Source of the DNA: an uncultured Acidobacterium sp.
Lineage (GTDB): Bacteria; Acidobacteriota; Vicinamibacteria; Vicinamibacterales; UBA2999
Reading direction: 5' to 3'
DNA: 64,000 bases
NCBI GenBank assembly: GCA_964628295.1
Contig: CAZVLS010000016.1
Coordinates: 10,933 to 74,932 of the forward strand
Shown here: positions 1-10,014 of the stretch, piece by piece
Numbering within the stretch: the stretch's first letter is position 1
Layout: each line of letters begins with the position of its first letter
The notes under the pieces: model-generated
What the model was told of the DNA's origin: nothing
What the model saw: only the letters and a program-made list of their open reading frames with translations
Databases searched by the model: none
Made by a program: the position numbers and the translations under genes

Positions 1-166
1 CGCTCTGCCCCTTGTTTCCGATGGCCGAGGGCAAAACGGTAGCCGCGACATCGCGGAGCACGAAGATCTGATCGGCTGATAGCTCTTGTGCCTCGAGCGG
101 CACACGCATCAAGGGCAGCCCCGCGGCGGCGGTGGCCAGGGTTTGAAGCGCTTGTCGTCGTTTCAT
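1..166 (-). CDS. Partial CDS (N-terminal 55 codons) of a secreted protein with a twin-arginine (Tat)-type signal peptide; the rest lies beyond the window edge
   Basis: Own reading of the reverse strand: ATG at 166-164, open to position 1, MKRRQALQTLATAAAGLPLMRVPLEAQELSADQIF... The RRxxLxxLA n-region plus Ala-rich h-region is Tat-like. It is absent from the ORF track because it has no stop inside the window. Confidence 0.45.
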   Translation of the reverse strand, partial: MKRRQALQTLATAAAGLPLMRVPLEAQELSADQIFVLRDVAATVLPSAIGNKGQS

Positions 167-171
167 CCCGA

Positions 172-194
172 GATCCCTGATCCCTAATCCCTAA
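172..194. repeat. Heptamer tandem array gatccct-gatccct-aatccct-aa (reverse complement TTAGGGA-TTAGGGA-TCAGGGA) filling the whole spacer between the purM stop and the next minus-strand start
   Basis: Read directly. The period is 7 and the purM stop codon (191-193) lies inside the last unit. AGGGA sits 7 nt upstream of the ATG at 166. Confidence 0.8.
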
Positions 195-1216
195 ACGTAC
201 TGAACTTCCGGCTCGCCTTTAATGATGTCGCCGATCACGACGCTGTTGGCTTCACCAGCATCCAGCAGGGCCTTGCGGACGGCGTCGACATCACCCGCAG
301 CGGTCACGAGGATCATGCCGATGCCCATGTTCAGCGAGCGGCGCAGATCGTATTCGGGGACGCGGCCGGATTCTCCGAGCCAACGGAACAGCGTCGGGAC
401 GCGCCACGACGTGCGGTTGACGCGAGCGGCGGTGCCGGCCGGCAACACGCGTGGCAGGTTATCGGTGATGCCGCCGCCGGTGATGTGAGCCATGCCCTTG
501 ATCTTGCCGCCCGGCAACAGCGGCTTGATCACCGGCAGGTAAGAACGGTGAGTGCGCAGGAACGCTTCGCCAACAGTCTCGCCAAGGTCGGGCACGTGAC
601 TGTCGACAGTCAGCTTGAGTTCTTCGAACGCGATCTTGCGGGCCAGCGAATAGCCGTTGGTGTGGAGTCCGCTCGAAGGCAGGCCGATCAACACGTCGCC
701 GGGGGCGATCGCACGTCCGTCGATGATCTTCGCGCGGTCGACGGCGCCGACAATGAAGCCAGCCACGTCGTATTCACCGTCTGCATAAAAACCCGGCATC
801 TCGGCGGTCTCGCCACCGAGCAGCGCGCAGCCATTGTCCGAGCACGCGCGCGCGAGACCTTCGACGATCTGCTCGGCGATATCGGGTGACAGGCGGCCGG
901 TCGCGAGGTAGTCAAAGAAGAACAACGGCGTGGCGCCCTGGACCAGGATGTCGTTGACGCAGTGGTTCACGAGATCGGCGCCGATGGTGCGGTGCCGGTT
1001 GGTCATGAAGGCGATCTTCAGCTTGGTGCCGACGCCGTCGGCGCTCGAGACGAGGACGGGTTCCTGGTAAGCGGCGGTGTCGAGCTTGAACAAGCCGCCG
1101 AACGACCCGATGTCCGACAGTACGCCAGGAGTGAACGTGCCCTTCGCCAGCTTCTTGATGCGGCGAACGGTTTCATTGCCGGCATCGATGTCGACGCCCG
1201 AGGACTTGTAATCCAT
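191..1216 (-). CDS. purM: Phosphoribosylformylglycinamidine cyclo-ligase (AIR synthetase)
   Basis: 341-aa ORF. MDYKSSGVDIDAGN N-terminus, SADGVGTKL and GGETAEMPG motifs are typical of PurM. It lies in a pur gene cluster. Confidence 0.95.
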   Translation of the reverse strand: MDYKSSGVDIDAGNETVRRIKKLAKGTFTPGVLSDIGSFGGLFKLDTAAYQEPVLVSSADGVGTKLKIAFMTNRHRTIGADLVNHCVNDILVQGATPLFFFDYLATGRLSPDIAEQIVEGLARACSDNGCALLGGETAEMPGFYADGEYDVAGFIVGAVDRAKIIDGRAIAPGDVLIGLPSSGLHTNGYSLARKIAFEELKLTVDSHVPDLGETVGEAFLRTHRSYLPVIKPLLPGGKIKGMAHITGGGITDNLPRVLPAGTAARVNRTSWRVPTLFRWLGESGRVPEYDLRRSLNMGIGMILVTAAGDVDAVRKALLDAGEANSVVIGDIIKGEPEVQYV

Positions 1217-1251
1217 GAGATCTACCGGAACCGCCGTAGGGCCGTCGTGTC

Positions 1252-1274
1252 GGGCCGTTCCGATGGAACGGCCC
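1252..1274 (-). terminator. Perfect 10-bp stem hairpin (gggccgttcc / ggaacggccc, 3-nt loop) downstream of the HEAT-repeat gene; no U-run
   Basis: The inverted repeat was read directly. It lies in the 112-nt gap between the stop at 1329 and the purM start at 1216. Confidence 0.3.
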
Positions 1275-1328
1275 CACTTGCTGCGCAGAGGTTGCTGGTC
1301 GTGTTACGCATTCGGCCGATTCGCTTGG

Positions 1329-2567
1329 TTAGAAGTCTAGCTTGTTGATCAAGAGCTCGCAGAGTTTTCTGATCGGCGATCCGTCTGGCGCGGCCCAGTA
1401 CTCCTTGCGAATCGCGACGAAGAATCGCTCCTCTTCAAGATCTTCCTCGAGCATGTCGAACGCTTCGGCCACCAGCCCCACGGCCGCGTCCAGGTCGCTC
1501 CGGGTCTGCAATGATTTGAGGAGCAGCGGCGTGTTGCGAAGCGCGACCAGGCCGACCGCAAGGGTGACCGGGGCTCGCAATGGATCGCGCGACGGGAGGC
1601 CGACGTCGAAGAGGATCCGTAGCGCCTCGTCATTGCCCTTCTGGGCGATCTGGCCCAGGCCGGCCGACGCGCTGCGCACCAGGTCCTGGTAGCCGGGATT
1701 GGTGTCGGCGAAGGTGAGGGTTTTTTCCAGATACCCGATATGCGCCGAGCAGTTGGTGCCAAGCAGACAAATGGCCGCGGCGATCGACGGCTGGTTCTCC
1801 TTCGGCGCGGTCTGCTGCAAACCGGCAAGCGTATTCAACGACGCCTTGTCGCCGATCTTGCCAAGCGCAATCGCGGCATCGTCTTGAAGCGGTCCGTCGA
1901 TCTTCGAGATTTCTGTGAGCTTGGCCACCGACGACGCGAGCCTGTAGTCGCCGAGCGCCTCGATCACCGTGCTGCGGAAGAAATCCATGCCGCGGCCGGC
2001 GTCACGGGTCAGCGCCTCCGAGATCTTAGGAGCCTCGGGTGACTTGACGCCGCTCGCGTACGCCGCGAGCGCGCGCACGAGCGCCGGCCGCACGAACTCG
2101 CCCTCTTCCTTATCGAGTGACCTGAAGATCTTCGCCTGAAGCCGCGGCACGGGGTGGTGCTCGAAATACGCGTAGGCGACTTCGCGCAGCCGGTCGTTGG
2201 GCGAATCGAGCGTGCTTTCCATCACGTCCTCGATGCGCGGATCGGAGTATCCCGTCAGCAGGATCAGGGCGCGAAACCGGACAAAGCCATCCGCGTGTTC
2301 ATTTACGGCCTGCAACAGGGCGGGAACGGTCTGCGCCGCTGGCGCGCGCCGTATGGTTCGGCCCGCGGCCATGCGGGTCTGGTAGTCGAGATCAGCGAGC
2401 TTGTCGATCGCTGCTCTGATCTGTTCAGGAGATGCAGTCGTGGGGCCGCGCTCTTGAGCCACGGAAAGCACAGACAGGTCAGCCGCCGACGGCACAGAAA
2501 CCTCAGAGGTAAATGCAATTGCCGCGAACAGCGCGCCAAAGAACAGCTTCTGATTCATCTGTGTCAT
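1329..2567 (-). CDS. Secreted HEAT/PBS-lyase-like repeat protein (function unknown)
   Basis: 412-aa ORF with a hydrophobic N-terminus (KLFFGALFAAIAFTS). It contains recurring ~30-aa helical units (DYQTRMAAGRTIRRA, DGFVRFRALILLTGY, NDRLREVAYAYFEHH, FRSTVIEALGDY). Confidence 0.55.
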   Translation of the reverse strand: MTQMNQKLFFGALFAAIAFTSEVSVPSAADLSVLSVAQERGPTTASPEQIRAAIDKLADLDYQTRMAAGRTIRRAPAAQTVPALLQAVNEHADGFVRFRALILLTGYSDPRIEDVMESTLDSPNDRLREVAYAYFEHHPVPRLQAKIFRSLDKEEGEFVRPALVRALAAYASGVKSPEAPKISEALTRDAGRGMDFFRSTVIEALGDYRLASSVAKLTEISKIDGPLQDDAAIALGKIGDKASLNTLAGLQQTAPKENQPSIAAAICLLGTNCSAHIGYLEKTLTFADTNPGYQDLVRSASAGLGQIAQKGNDEALRILFDVGLPSRDPLRAPVTLAVGLVALRNTPLLLKSLQTRSDLDAAVGLVAEAFDMLEEDLEEERFFVAIRKEYWAAPDGSPIRKLCELLINKLDF

Positions 2568-2605
2568 CTGCCTTCTGCGGCTACTGAATCTGTGCCACCT
2601 GGGGC

Positions 2606-4054
2606 CTAGCCGACGGTTTCAGGCTCTTCCTCCGGGAGTGGTTCTCGCTTGCCGTCCATCTTCAACGACAGCTGCAAGTAGCCACTTTCATCGCGAGGAA
2701 ACGCCACCGGGTAATTGCCGGTGTAGCACGAGGTGCAATACGAAGCGCTCTTGCTCTTCACGGACGACAGCAGGCCGCCAAGGCTCAAGTAGCCCAGCGT
2801 ATCGGCACCGACGTACTTGCGGATCTCTTCCTGCGTGTGCGTCGCGGCGATCAATTCGCGCCGGCGGGGAGTGTCCACGCCGTAGAAGCAGGGCGACACG
2901 GTCGGCGGGCAGCTGATGCGCAAGTGCACCTCGGCGGCGCCGGCCGCCCGCACCATCTTCACGATCTTGCGGCTTGTCGTTCCGCGCACCAGCGAATCGT
3001 CGATCAGGACCACGCGGCGGCCTTCGATGATGCTGCGCACCGTATTGAGCTTGACCTTCACGCCAAAGTGACGAATCGACTGCGCCGGCTCGATGAACGT
3101 GCGGCCCACGTAGTGATTGCGTATCAGCCCCATGCGCAGCGGAATCTTTGATTCCTCCGAGTAACCAATCGCAGCGCAGACGCCGGAGTCGGGAATGGGT
3201 ACCACGACATCGGCCGGCACGCCGGTTTCACGGGCGAGCTCGCGGCCGAGATTGGTGCGGACTTCGTTGACGCTCTGGCCGAATACGTCGCTGTCGGGCC
3301 GCGCAAAGTAGACGTGCTCGAACACACAGTGCGAGAGCGGCGCCGGAGGGAACGGCTTGATCGACCGCAAGCCGTGCGGGCCGATGATCAGCACTTCGCC
3401 TGGCTCCACATCACGCACATAGGAGAAGCCGATCAAATCGAGCGCGCAGGTCTCCGACGTCACGGCCCAGGAGTCGCCGAGGCGGCCAAGCGCCAGCGGC
3501 CGGAAGCCGTGCGGGTCTCGCGCGGCGATCAACGAATTCCTGGTGATGAGCGCGAACGAGAACGCACCGGTCAGCTGGGTGATCGACTCGACCAGCGCGT
3601 CTTCAATGGATCCCGCCTGTGATCGCGCATACAGGTGCAGCACGACCTCGGTGTCGCTGTTGGTCTGGAAGATCGATCCGGCGCGGACCAGGCGATCGCG
3701 CACTTCGTTGGCGTTGACGATGTTGCCGTTGTGGCAGATGCCGACCTGGCCGTGGACGCAGTCGATCAGAATCGGCTGCGCGTTCGAGAGCTTGCTGTCA
3801 CCGGCGGTCGAGTAGCGTGTGTGTCCTATTGCCAGGGTGCCCGTCAGGGTTGCCAGCGTGGCTTCGTCGAAGATCTCGTTGACGTAGCCCATCTGCTTGA
3901 CGAGGCGAATCCGCTCACCGTCCGCCGACGCGATGCCTGCGCTTTCCTGCCCGCGGTGCTGCAGCGCATAGAGCCCGAGGTAGGTCAGCTTCGAAGCTTC
4001 GGGGTGCCCGTAGACACCGAAGACACCGCATTCGTCCTTGAATTTGTCGAGCAT
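2606..4054 (-). CDS. purF: Amidophosphoribosyltransferase
   Basis: 482 aa. An Ntn Cys follows a short propeptide (MLDKFKDE-CGVFGV). PRTase motif VVLIDDSLVRGTTS. Confidence 0.95.
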   Translation of the reverse strand: MLDKFKDECGVFGVYGHPEASKLTYLGLYALQHRGQESAGIASADGERIRLVKQMGYVNEIFDEATLATLTGTLAIGHTRYSTAGDSKLSNAQPILIDCVHGQVGICHNGNIVNANEVRDRLVRAGSIFQTNSDTEVVLHLYARSQAGSIEDALVESITQLTGAFSFALITRNSLIAARDPHGFRPLALGRLGDSWAVTSETCALDLIGFSYVRDVEPGEVLIIGPHGLRSIKPFPPAPLSHCVFEHVYFARPDSDVFGQSVNEVRTNLGRELARETGVPADVVVPIPDSGVCAAIGYSEESKIPLRMGLIRNHYVGRTFIEPAQSIRHFGVKVKLNTVRSIIEGRRVVLIDDSLVRGTTSRKIVKMVRAAGAAEVHLRISCPPTVSPCFYGVDTPRRRELIAATHTQEEIRKYVGADTLGYLSLGGLLSSVKSKSASYCTSCYTGNYPVAFPRDESGYLQLSLKMDGKREPLPEEEPETVG

Positions 4055-4068
4055 TCGCAGGTTCCTGG

Positions 4069-6330
4069 TTACGAGTTACTGGTTCCCGGTTGCCGTCGCA
4101 TTTTCTTCTCAATGGCCGTCGCCCACGCAGCTTCCGCATCGGCCACTGCGCTGTCGACTACGAGCTGTCCATTCACGCTCAGGCGGATGCGATCGCCGCC
4201 GACGCGTCCAATCTCGCTGACCGTGATCTCGGCGGCCTTCGCGGCCGCGATGACGGTATCAAGATGCCGGCTCGGCACCGACACCACGATGCGGGAGGCC
4301 GACTCGCCGAACAGCGTCGCGTTGATCTCGAGCGCGCTTGGCGGGTTGGCCGACGGCTGGTCCGTGACCGCGGTGACGTTGGCGGTCACGCCGAGGCCGC
4401 CGCTATCGAACGTGCATTCCGCGATCGCGATCGCGAGGCCGCCCTCGGAACAATCGTGCGCCGATTCCACGCAGCCGTCGCGAATCAGCTTGATGATCAG
4501 CGACTGGAGGGCCTTCTCGCGCTTGAGGTCGAGGACCGGCGCGCGGCCCGCGACCAGGTTGTGCATGGTGGCGAGGTATTCGCTGCCACCGATCTCGCCG
4601 AGATTATCGCCGAGCAACACCACCGCGGACCCGTCGGTCTTGAACACACGCGTCGTTGTCTTCGAGGCATCGTCCAGCAGACCGACCACGCCGAGAACCG
4701 GTGTCGGGAAGATCGCGCGACCTTCGGTTTCGTTGTAGAGGCTGACGTTGCCGCCCGTAATCGGCGCGTCCAGTGCACGGCAAGCATCGCCGATGCCGCG
4801 GACGGCCTCGCCGATCTGCCACATGATCTCGGGCCGTTCCGGATTGCCGAAGTTGAGGTTGTTGGTGGCGCCGATCGGTTCGCCGCCGGCGCACGCAACG
4901 TTGCGTGACGCTTCGGCGACCGCCAGCTTCGCGCCCTGATAAGGATCGAGATAACAGAAGCGACCGTTGCCGTCGACTGACACGGCGAGACCCCTCGTCG
5001 AGTCCTTCACGCGAACCACCGCTGCCGACATGCCGGGCTGCGCGATGGTGTTGGTGCCAACGCTGTGGTCGTACTGGCGGTAGGCCCATCGCTTGCTGGC
5101 GATGGTGGGCACCGCGATCAGCGTATCGAACGCCCGCTGGGCCGTTGGCGCGGTGCCAAGATCCGCCAGCGGCAGCTGCTGGACACGCTCCTGCCATTCC
5201 GGCACTTTCATCGGCCGGTTGTAGACCGGCGCTTCATCCGTGAGCGCGCGATTCGGCACATCGGCGACCTGCGTCCCGCGCTCCATGATCTTCAGGCGCG
5301 ATCCTTCGGTGACCTCGCCGACCTTGACCGCGTGGAGATCCCACTTGTCGAATACTGCTTCGACTTCGTGCTCGCGCCCGCGCTCGACAACCAGCAGCAT
5401 GCGCTCCTGCGACTCGGACAGCATGATCTCGTAGGGGATCATGCCGGTCTCGCGCTGCGGAACGTGCATCACGTCCACCGTCATGCCGACGCCGCCGCGC
5501 GATCCCATTTCCGATGTCGCACACGTGAAGCCCGCGGCCCCCATGTCCTGGATGCCGACGACGGCGCCCGTCTTCATGACTTCGAGACAGGCTTCCATCA
5601 ACAGCTTTTCCATGAACGGATCGCCGACCTGCACCGCAGGGCGCTTCTCCGCCGACTTCTCGTCGAACTCCGCCGACGCCATGGTCGCGCCGTGGATGCC
5701 GTCACGGCCGGTCTTGGCACCGACGTAGAACACCGGATTGCCAACGCCCTTTGCGGCGCCCTTGACGATGTCGTCCTTGCGGGCGATGCCGAGGCACAGG
5801 ACGTTGACGAGCGGGTTGCCCGAATACATCTCGTCGAACACGATCTCGCCGCCGACAGTCGGGATACCGATGCTGTTGCCGTAACCGCCAACGCCGGCGA
5901 CCACGCCTTCAAAGATGCGACGGGCCAGCGGCGTCTCGAGCGAACCGAAGCGAAGCGCGTTCAGCAGCGCGATCGGCCGGGCGCCCATCGTGAAGATGTC
6001 GCGGATGATGCCGCCCACGCCGGTCGCTGCGCCCTGGTAGGGCTCGATGAACGACGGGTGATTGTGCGACTCGATCTTGAAGACGGCACACAAGCCATCG
6101 CCGATGTCGACGGCGCCGGCGTTTTCGCCAGGACCCTGCACGACGCGCGGACCGGTGGTCGGCAGCGTCTTGAGGTGCACACGAGAGCTCTTGTAGCTGC
6201 AGTGCTCCGACCACATCACGGAGAACAAGCCGAGTTCGAGCAGGTTGGGCTCGCGGCCCATCAACTGCAGGATGCGTTCGTACTCATCCGGCTTGATGCC
6301 GTGGCGTTCAAGGACAGCGGAATCGATCAT
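4069..6330 (-). CDS. purL: Phosphoribosylformylglycinamidine synthase subunit II
   Basis: 753 aa. The [21 protein letters not shown] motif and duplicated AIRS-like halves are present. It overlaps purQ by 4 nt. Confidence 0.95.
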   Translation of the reverse strand: MIDSAVLERHGIKPDEYERILQLMGREPNLLELGLFSVMWSEHCSYKSSRVHLKTLPTTGPRVVQGPGENAGAVDIGDGLCAVFKIESHNHPSFIEPYQGAATGVGGIIRDIFTMGARPIALLNALRFGSLETPLARRIFEGVVAGVGGYGNSIGIPTVGGEIVFDEMYSGNPLVNVLCLGIARKDDIVKGAAKGVGNPVFYVGAKTGRDGIHGATMASAEFDEKSAEKRPAVQVGDPFMEKLLMEACLEVMKTGAVVGIQDMGAAGFTCATSEMGSRGGVGMTVDVMHVPQRETGMIPYEIMLSESQERMLLVVERGREHEVEAVFDKWDLHAVKVGEVTEGSRLKIMERGTQVADVPNRALTDEAPVYNRPMKVPEWQERVQQLPLADLGTAPTAQRAFDTLIAVPTIASKRWAYRQYDHSVGTNTIAQPGMSAAVVRVKDSTRGLAVSVDGNGRFCYLDPYQGAKLAVAEASRNVACAGGEPIGATNNLNFGNPERPEIMWQIGEAVRGIGDACRALDAPITGGNVSLYNETEGRAIFPTPVLGVVGLLDDASKTTTRVFKTDGSAVVLLGDNLGEIGGSEYLATMHNLVAGRAPVLDLKREKALQSLIIKLIRDGCVESAHDCSEGGLAIAIAECTFDSGGLGVTANVTAVTDQPSANPPSALEINATLFGESASRIVVSVPSRHLDTVIAAAKAAEITVSEIGRVGGDRIRLSVNGQLVVDSAVADAEAAWATAIEKKMRRQPGTSNS

Positions 6331-7058
6331 GTCAGGTTCGGAACTGCGGATTTACTGCTTGAAGAAACGCTGGCCAGCGATTTCACCACAGAGGCCAGCA
6401 CCACCCGGCCGTCAGCGCTACCGAGCTGCAGCTCCGCCGCGCGCTCGGGATGCGGCATCAGGCCGACGACATTGCGATTGCGATTGCAGATACCGGCGAT
6501 GCTGTTCAGCGAGCCGTTGGGATTCCACTCGGCGCCGACGTCTCCCGCGGCGCTGGCATAGCGGAACACCACCTGCCGGTTCGCCTCGATGTCCGCAAGC
6601 ACGTCGGGCGGCGCGTAGTAGTTGCCTTCGCCGTGCGCGATGGGCAGGCTCAACACCTGCCTGGATGCGCACGCCGCGGTAAACGGCGTGTCGGTCTGCT
6701 CGACGCGGACCGGGACCAGCTTAGAGACGAACTTGATGCGATCGTTCCTGACCATCGCCCCGGGCAACATCCCGGCCTCGAGCAGGATCTGGAAACCGTT
6801 ACAGATACCCAGCACCGGACCACCGCGCTCGGCGAACGATTTCACCGCCGCCATGATCGGCGAGAAGCGCGCAATCGCACCCGTGCGCATGTAGTCGCCG
6901 TGCGCGAAGCCGCCGGGCAGAATCACGGCGTCGGCGCTCTTCAGGTCCGTGTCCTTGTGCCAGATCAGCTCGGCCTGTTCACCGACGACGCGCGAGGCGG
7001 CGTAGAAGGCGTCGTAATCCGAGTTCGACCCTGGAAAAACGACAACAGCAAATTTCAT
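6327..7058 (-). CDS. purQ: Phosphoribosylformylglycinamidine synthase subunit I (glutaminase)
   Basis: 243 aa. Class I GATase nucleophile elbow GICNGFQ and MPHPER His/Glu motif. Confidence 0.95.
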   Translation of the reverse strand: MKFAVVVFPGSNSDYDAFYAASRVVGEQAELIWHKDTDLKSADAVILPGGFAHGDYMRTGAIARFSPIMAAVKSFAERGGPVLGICNGFQILLEAGMLPGAMVRNDRIKFVSKLVPVRVEQTDTPFTAACASRQVLSLPIAHGEGNYYAPPDVLADIEANRQVVFRYASAAGDVGAEWNPNGSLNSIAGICNRNRNVVGLMPHPERAAELQLGSADGRVVLASVVKSLASVSSSSKSAVPNLT

Positions 7059-7060
7059 TG

Positions 7061-7088
7061 TTCCCGGCTCCCGGCTCCCGGCCTCCGA
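7061..7088. repeat. Heptamer array ttcccgg-ctcccgg-ctcccgg-cctccga (reverse complement TCGGAGG-CCGGGAG-CCGGGAG-CCGGGAA) filling the purS-purQ intercistronic spacer
   Basis: Read directly. On the coding (minus) strand it places GGAGG/GGGAG/GGGAA Shine-Dalgarno-like blocks 2-23 nt upstream of the purQ ATG (7058). Confidence 0.8.
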
Positions 7089-7092
7089 CCCA

Positions 7093-7335
7093 TTACTGCA
7101 AGACCTCGACGCGGTAACTCTCGATCACCGGGTTGGCGAGCAGCTTGTCCGCCATTTCGGTCACGCGCGCCTTGGCGGTCGCGGCGTCGGTGTCGGCGAG
7201 CTCGACCTCGAAGAACTTGCCCTGGCGAACATCCTTCACGTCGTTGTAGCCGAGCGTCACCAGCGCTTCAGCGACGACATGGCCTTGTGGATCGAATACA
7301 GACGGCTTCAGGGTTACGTAAACTCGCGCCTTCAT
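7093..7335 (-). CDS. purS: Phosphoribosylformylglycinamidine synthase subunit PurS
   Basis: 80 aa. Its size and its position between purB and purQ fit PurS, as does [14 protein letters not shown]. Confidence 0.85.
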   Translation of the reverse strand: MKARVYVTLKPSVFDPQGHVVAEALVTLGYNDVKDVRQGKFFEVELADTDAATAKARVTEMADKLLANPVIESYRVEVLQ

Positions 7336-7348
7336 CGCTTCCTGTTCC

Positions 7349-7368
7349 GGGAGGACTGAAGTCCTCCC
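7349..7368 (-). other. Intercistronic hairpin (gggaggac / gtcctccc, 4-nt loop) immediately after the purB stop and upstream of the purS RBS
   Basis: Perfect 8-bp inverted repeat read directly. Confidence 0.3.
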
Positions 7369-8657
<1,289 letters not shown>

Positions 8658-8661
<4 letters not shown>

Positions 8662-9926
8662 AGCGCTAGTTGCTCCTTCGTGACTTGCAATCCATTGACG
8701 TTGCCAAGCACCGTCACCGCGAGCGACCCGTTGGTGAAGAAGCGATCGGCCAGCTTGAGGACATCATCGGCGCTGACCCGTTCGATCGCCGCCAGCATGT
8801 CGTCAAGGCTGAAAGTGTGCTCGCGGTACATCTCCTGCCGCGCCAGGTGAGACATGCGGCTCGAGGTGCTCTCGAGGCCAAGCATCAAGGAACCTTTCAG
8901 ATGGTCCTTCGCGCGACGCAGCTCCACAGGATCGAGTCCGCCCGCCTTCATCTGGCGAATCTCGGCGACCACGACATCGATCAGCTCGGCAACCGCGTCG
9001 TTGGCGCAGCCGGCGTAAATGCTGAGCGCGCCGGCGTCCTGGTAGGCGGACAGACCTGAGAACACCGAATACGCAAGGCCGCGCTTTTCGCGCACGTTCT
9101 GAAACAGGCGCGAGCTCATTGAACCGCCGAGCGTGGTGTTGAGCGCATATCCCGCGTAGCGATCCGGATCATGCTGCGGCAACGCTTCCGTGCCGAACAC
9201 GATGTGGCTCTGCTCCAGATCCTTCTTGCGGACCTGGATGACCGGAGCCACAACCGGCGCCGACGAATTCGCCTCGGGACCGGTGTGCGGCGCGTTCTCG
9301 AGCGCCTTTTCGAGCAGTTCCTGCACGCGTCCGTGCTCGAGGTTGCCGACCGCGACCACCACGAAGTTCGAGGCGCAGTAGGTCTGGCCGAAATATTCCG
9401 TGAGGATCTTCCGGTTCAGGCCGGTGACGCTGGACGGCGTGCCGAGAATCGGACGGCCGAGCGGGTGATTCAGCCAGAACCCTTCCGCGAACAGTTCGTG
9501 GACCAGATCGTCGGGTGTGTCCTCGACCATCTTGATCTCTTCGAGAATGACCTTCTTTTCCCGCTCGATGTCGTCTTCGGCGAACAGCGGGTTGCAGATC
9601 AGGTCCGCGAGGATGTCGACGGCGAGCGGCAGGTGCTCGTCGAGCACCTTCAAGTAATAGCCGGCGTATTCCTTGGATGTGAACGCGTCGATCTGGCCGC
9701 CGATGGAATCGACCTGCTGGGCGATTTCTTCCGCGTTCCGCGTCGGCGTGCCCTTGAACAGCATGTGCTCAACGAAGTGCGCGATGCCCGGATGCTCGTC
9801 GGGTTCGTGTCGCGATCCGCGCGTGAGCCAGATGCCGACGGCGACCGAGCGCACGTGTGGCATCCGCTCGGTGGCGAGGCGGACACCGTTGGCTAGCACG
9901 GTTCGGCGGATATTCGGTTCGGTCAC
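8658..9926 (-). CDS. M16 family (pitrilysin/insulinase-like) zinc peptidase
   Basis: 422 aa. Inverted zincin motif HFVEHMLFKGT (HxxEH). 4-nt overlap with purB. Confidence 0.85.
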
Positions 9927-9972
9927 GTGGGCCGCTGATCTGAGGGCGATCAGCCTTCAAATCATATCAAAC

Positions 9973-9996
9973 GCCAGGGCCGCAGATGACGCAGAT
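9973..9996. repeat. Copy 1 of a dispersed ~23-nt element GCCAGGGCCRCAGAWRRCRCAGA (internally 9-nt periodic on CAGA)
   Basis: gccagggccgcagatgacgcagat has 1 mismatch to the copy at 27737. It ends 19 nt upstream of the proposed SNF2 start codon. Confidence 0.8.
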
Positions 9997-10014
9997 TCGC
10001 TAAACTCAGGCGCG

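Noticed and set aside
9673-10014. N-terminal 114 codons of track ORF 9673-12867, an apparent 1064-aa SNF2 protein
   Set aside because: This part overlaps the well-supported M16 peptidase gene on the opposite strand and translates to low-complexity Ser/Arg/Cys-rich sequence. The helicase-like sequence begins at VTPFHSKFWAYELTRR (GTG 10015).
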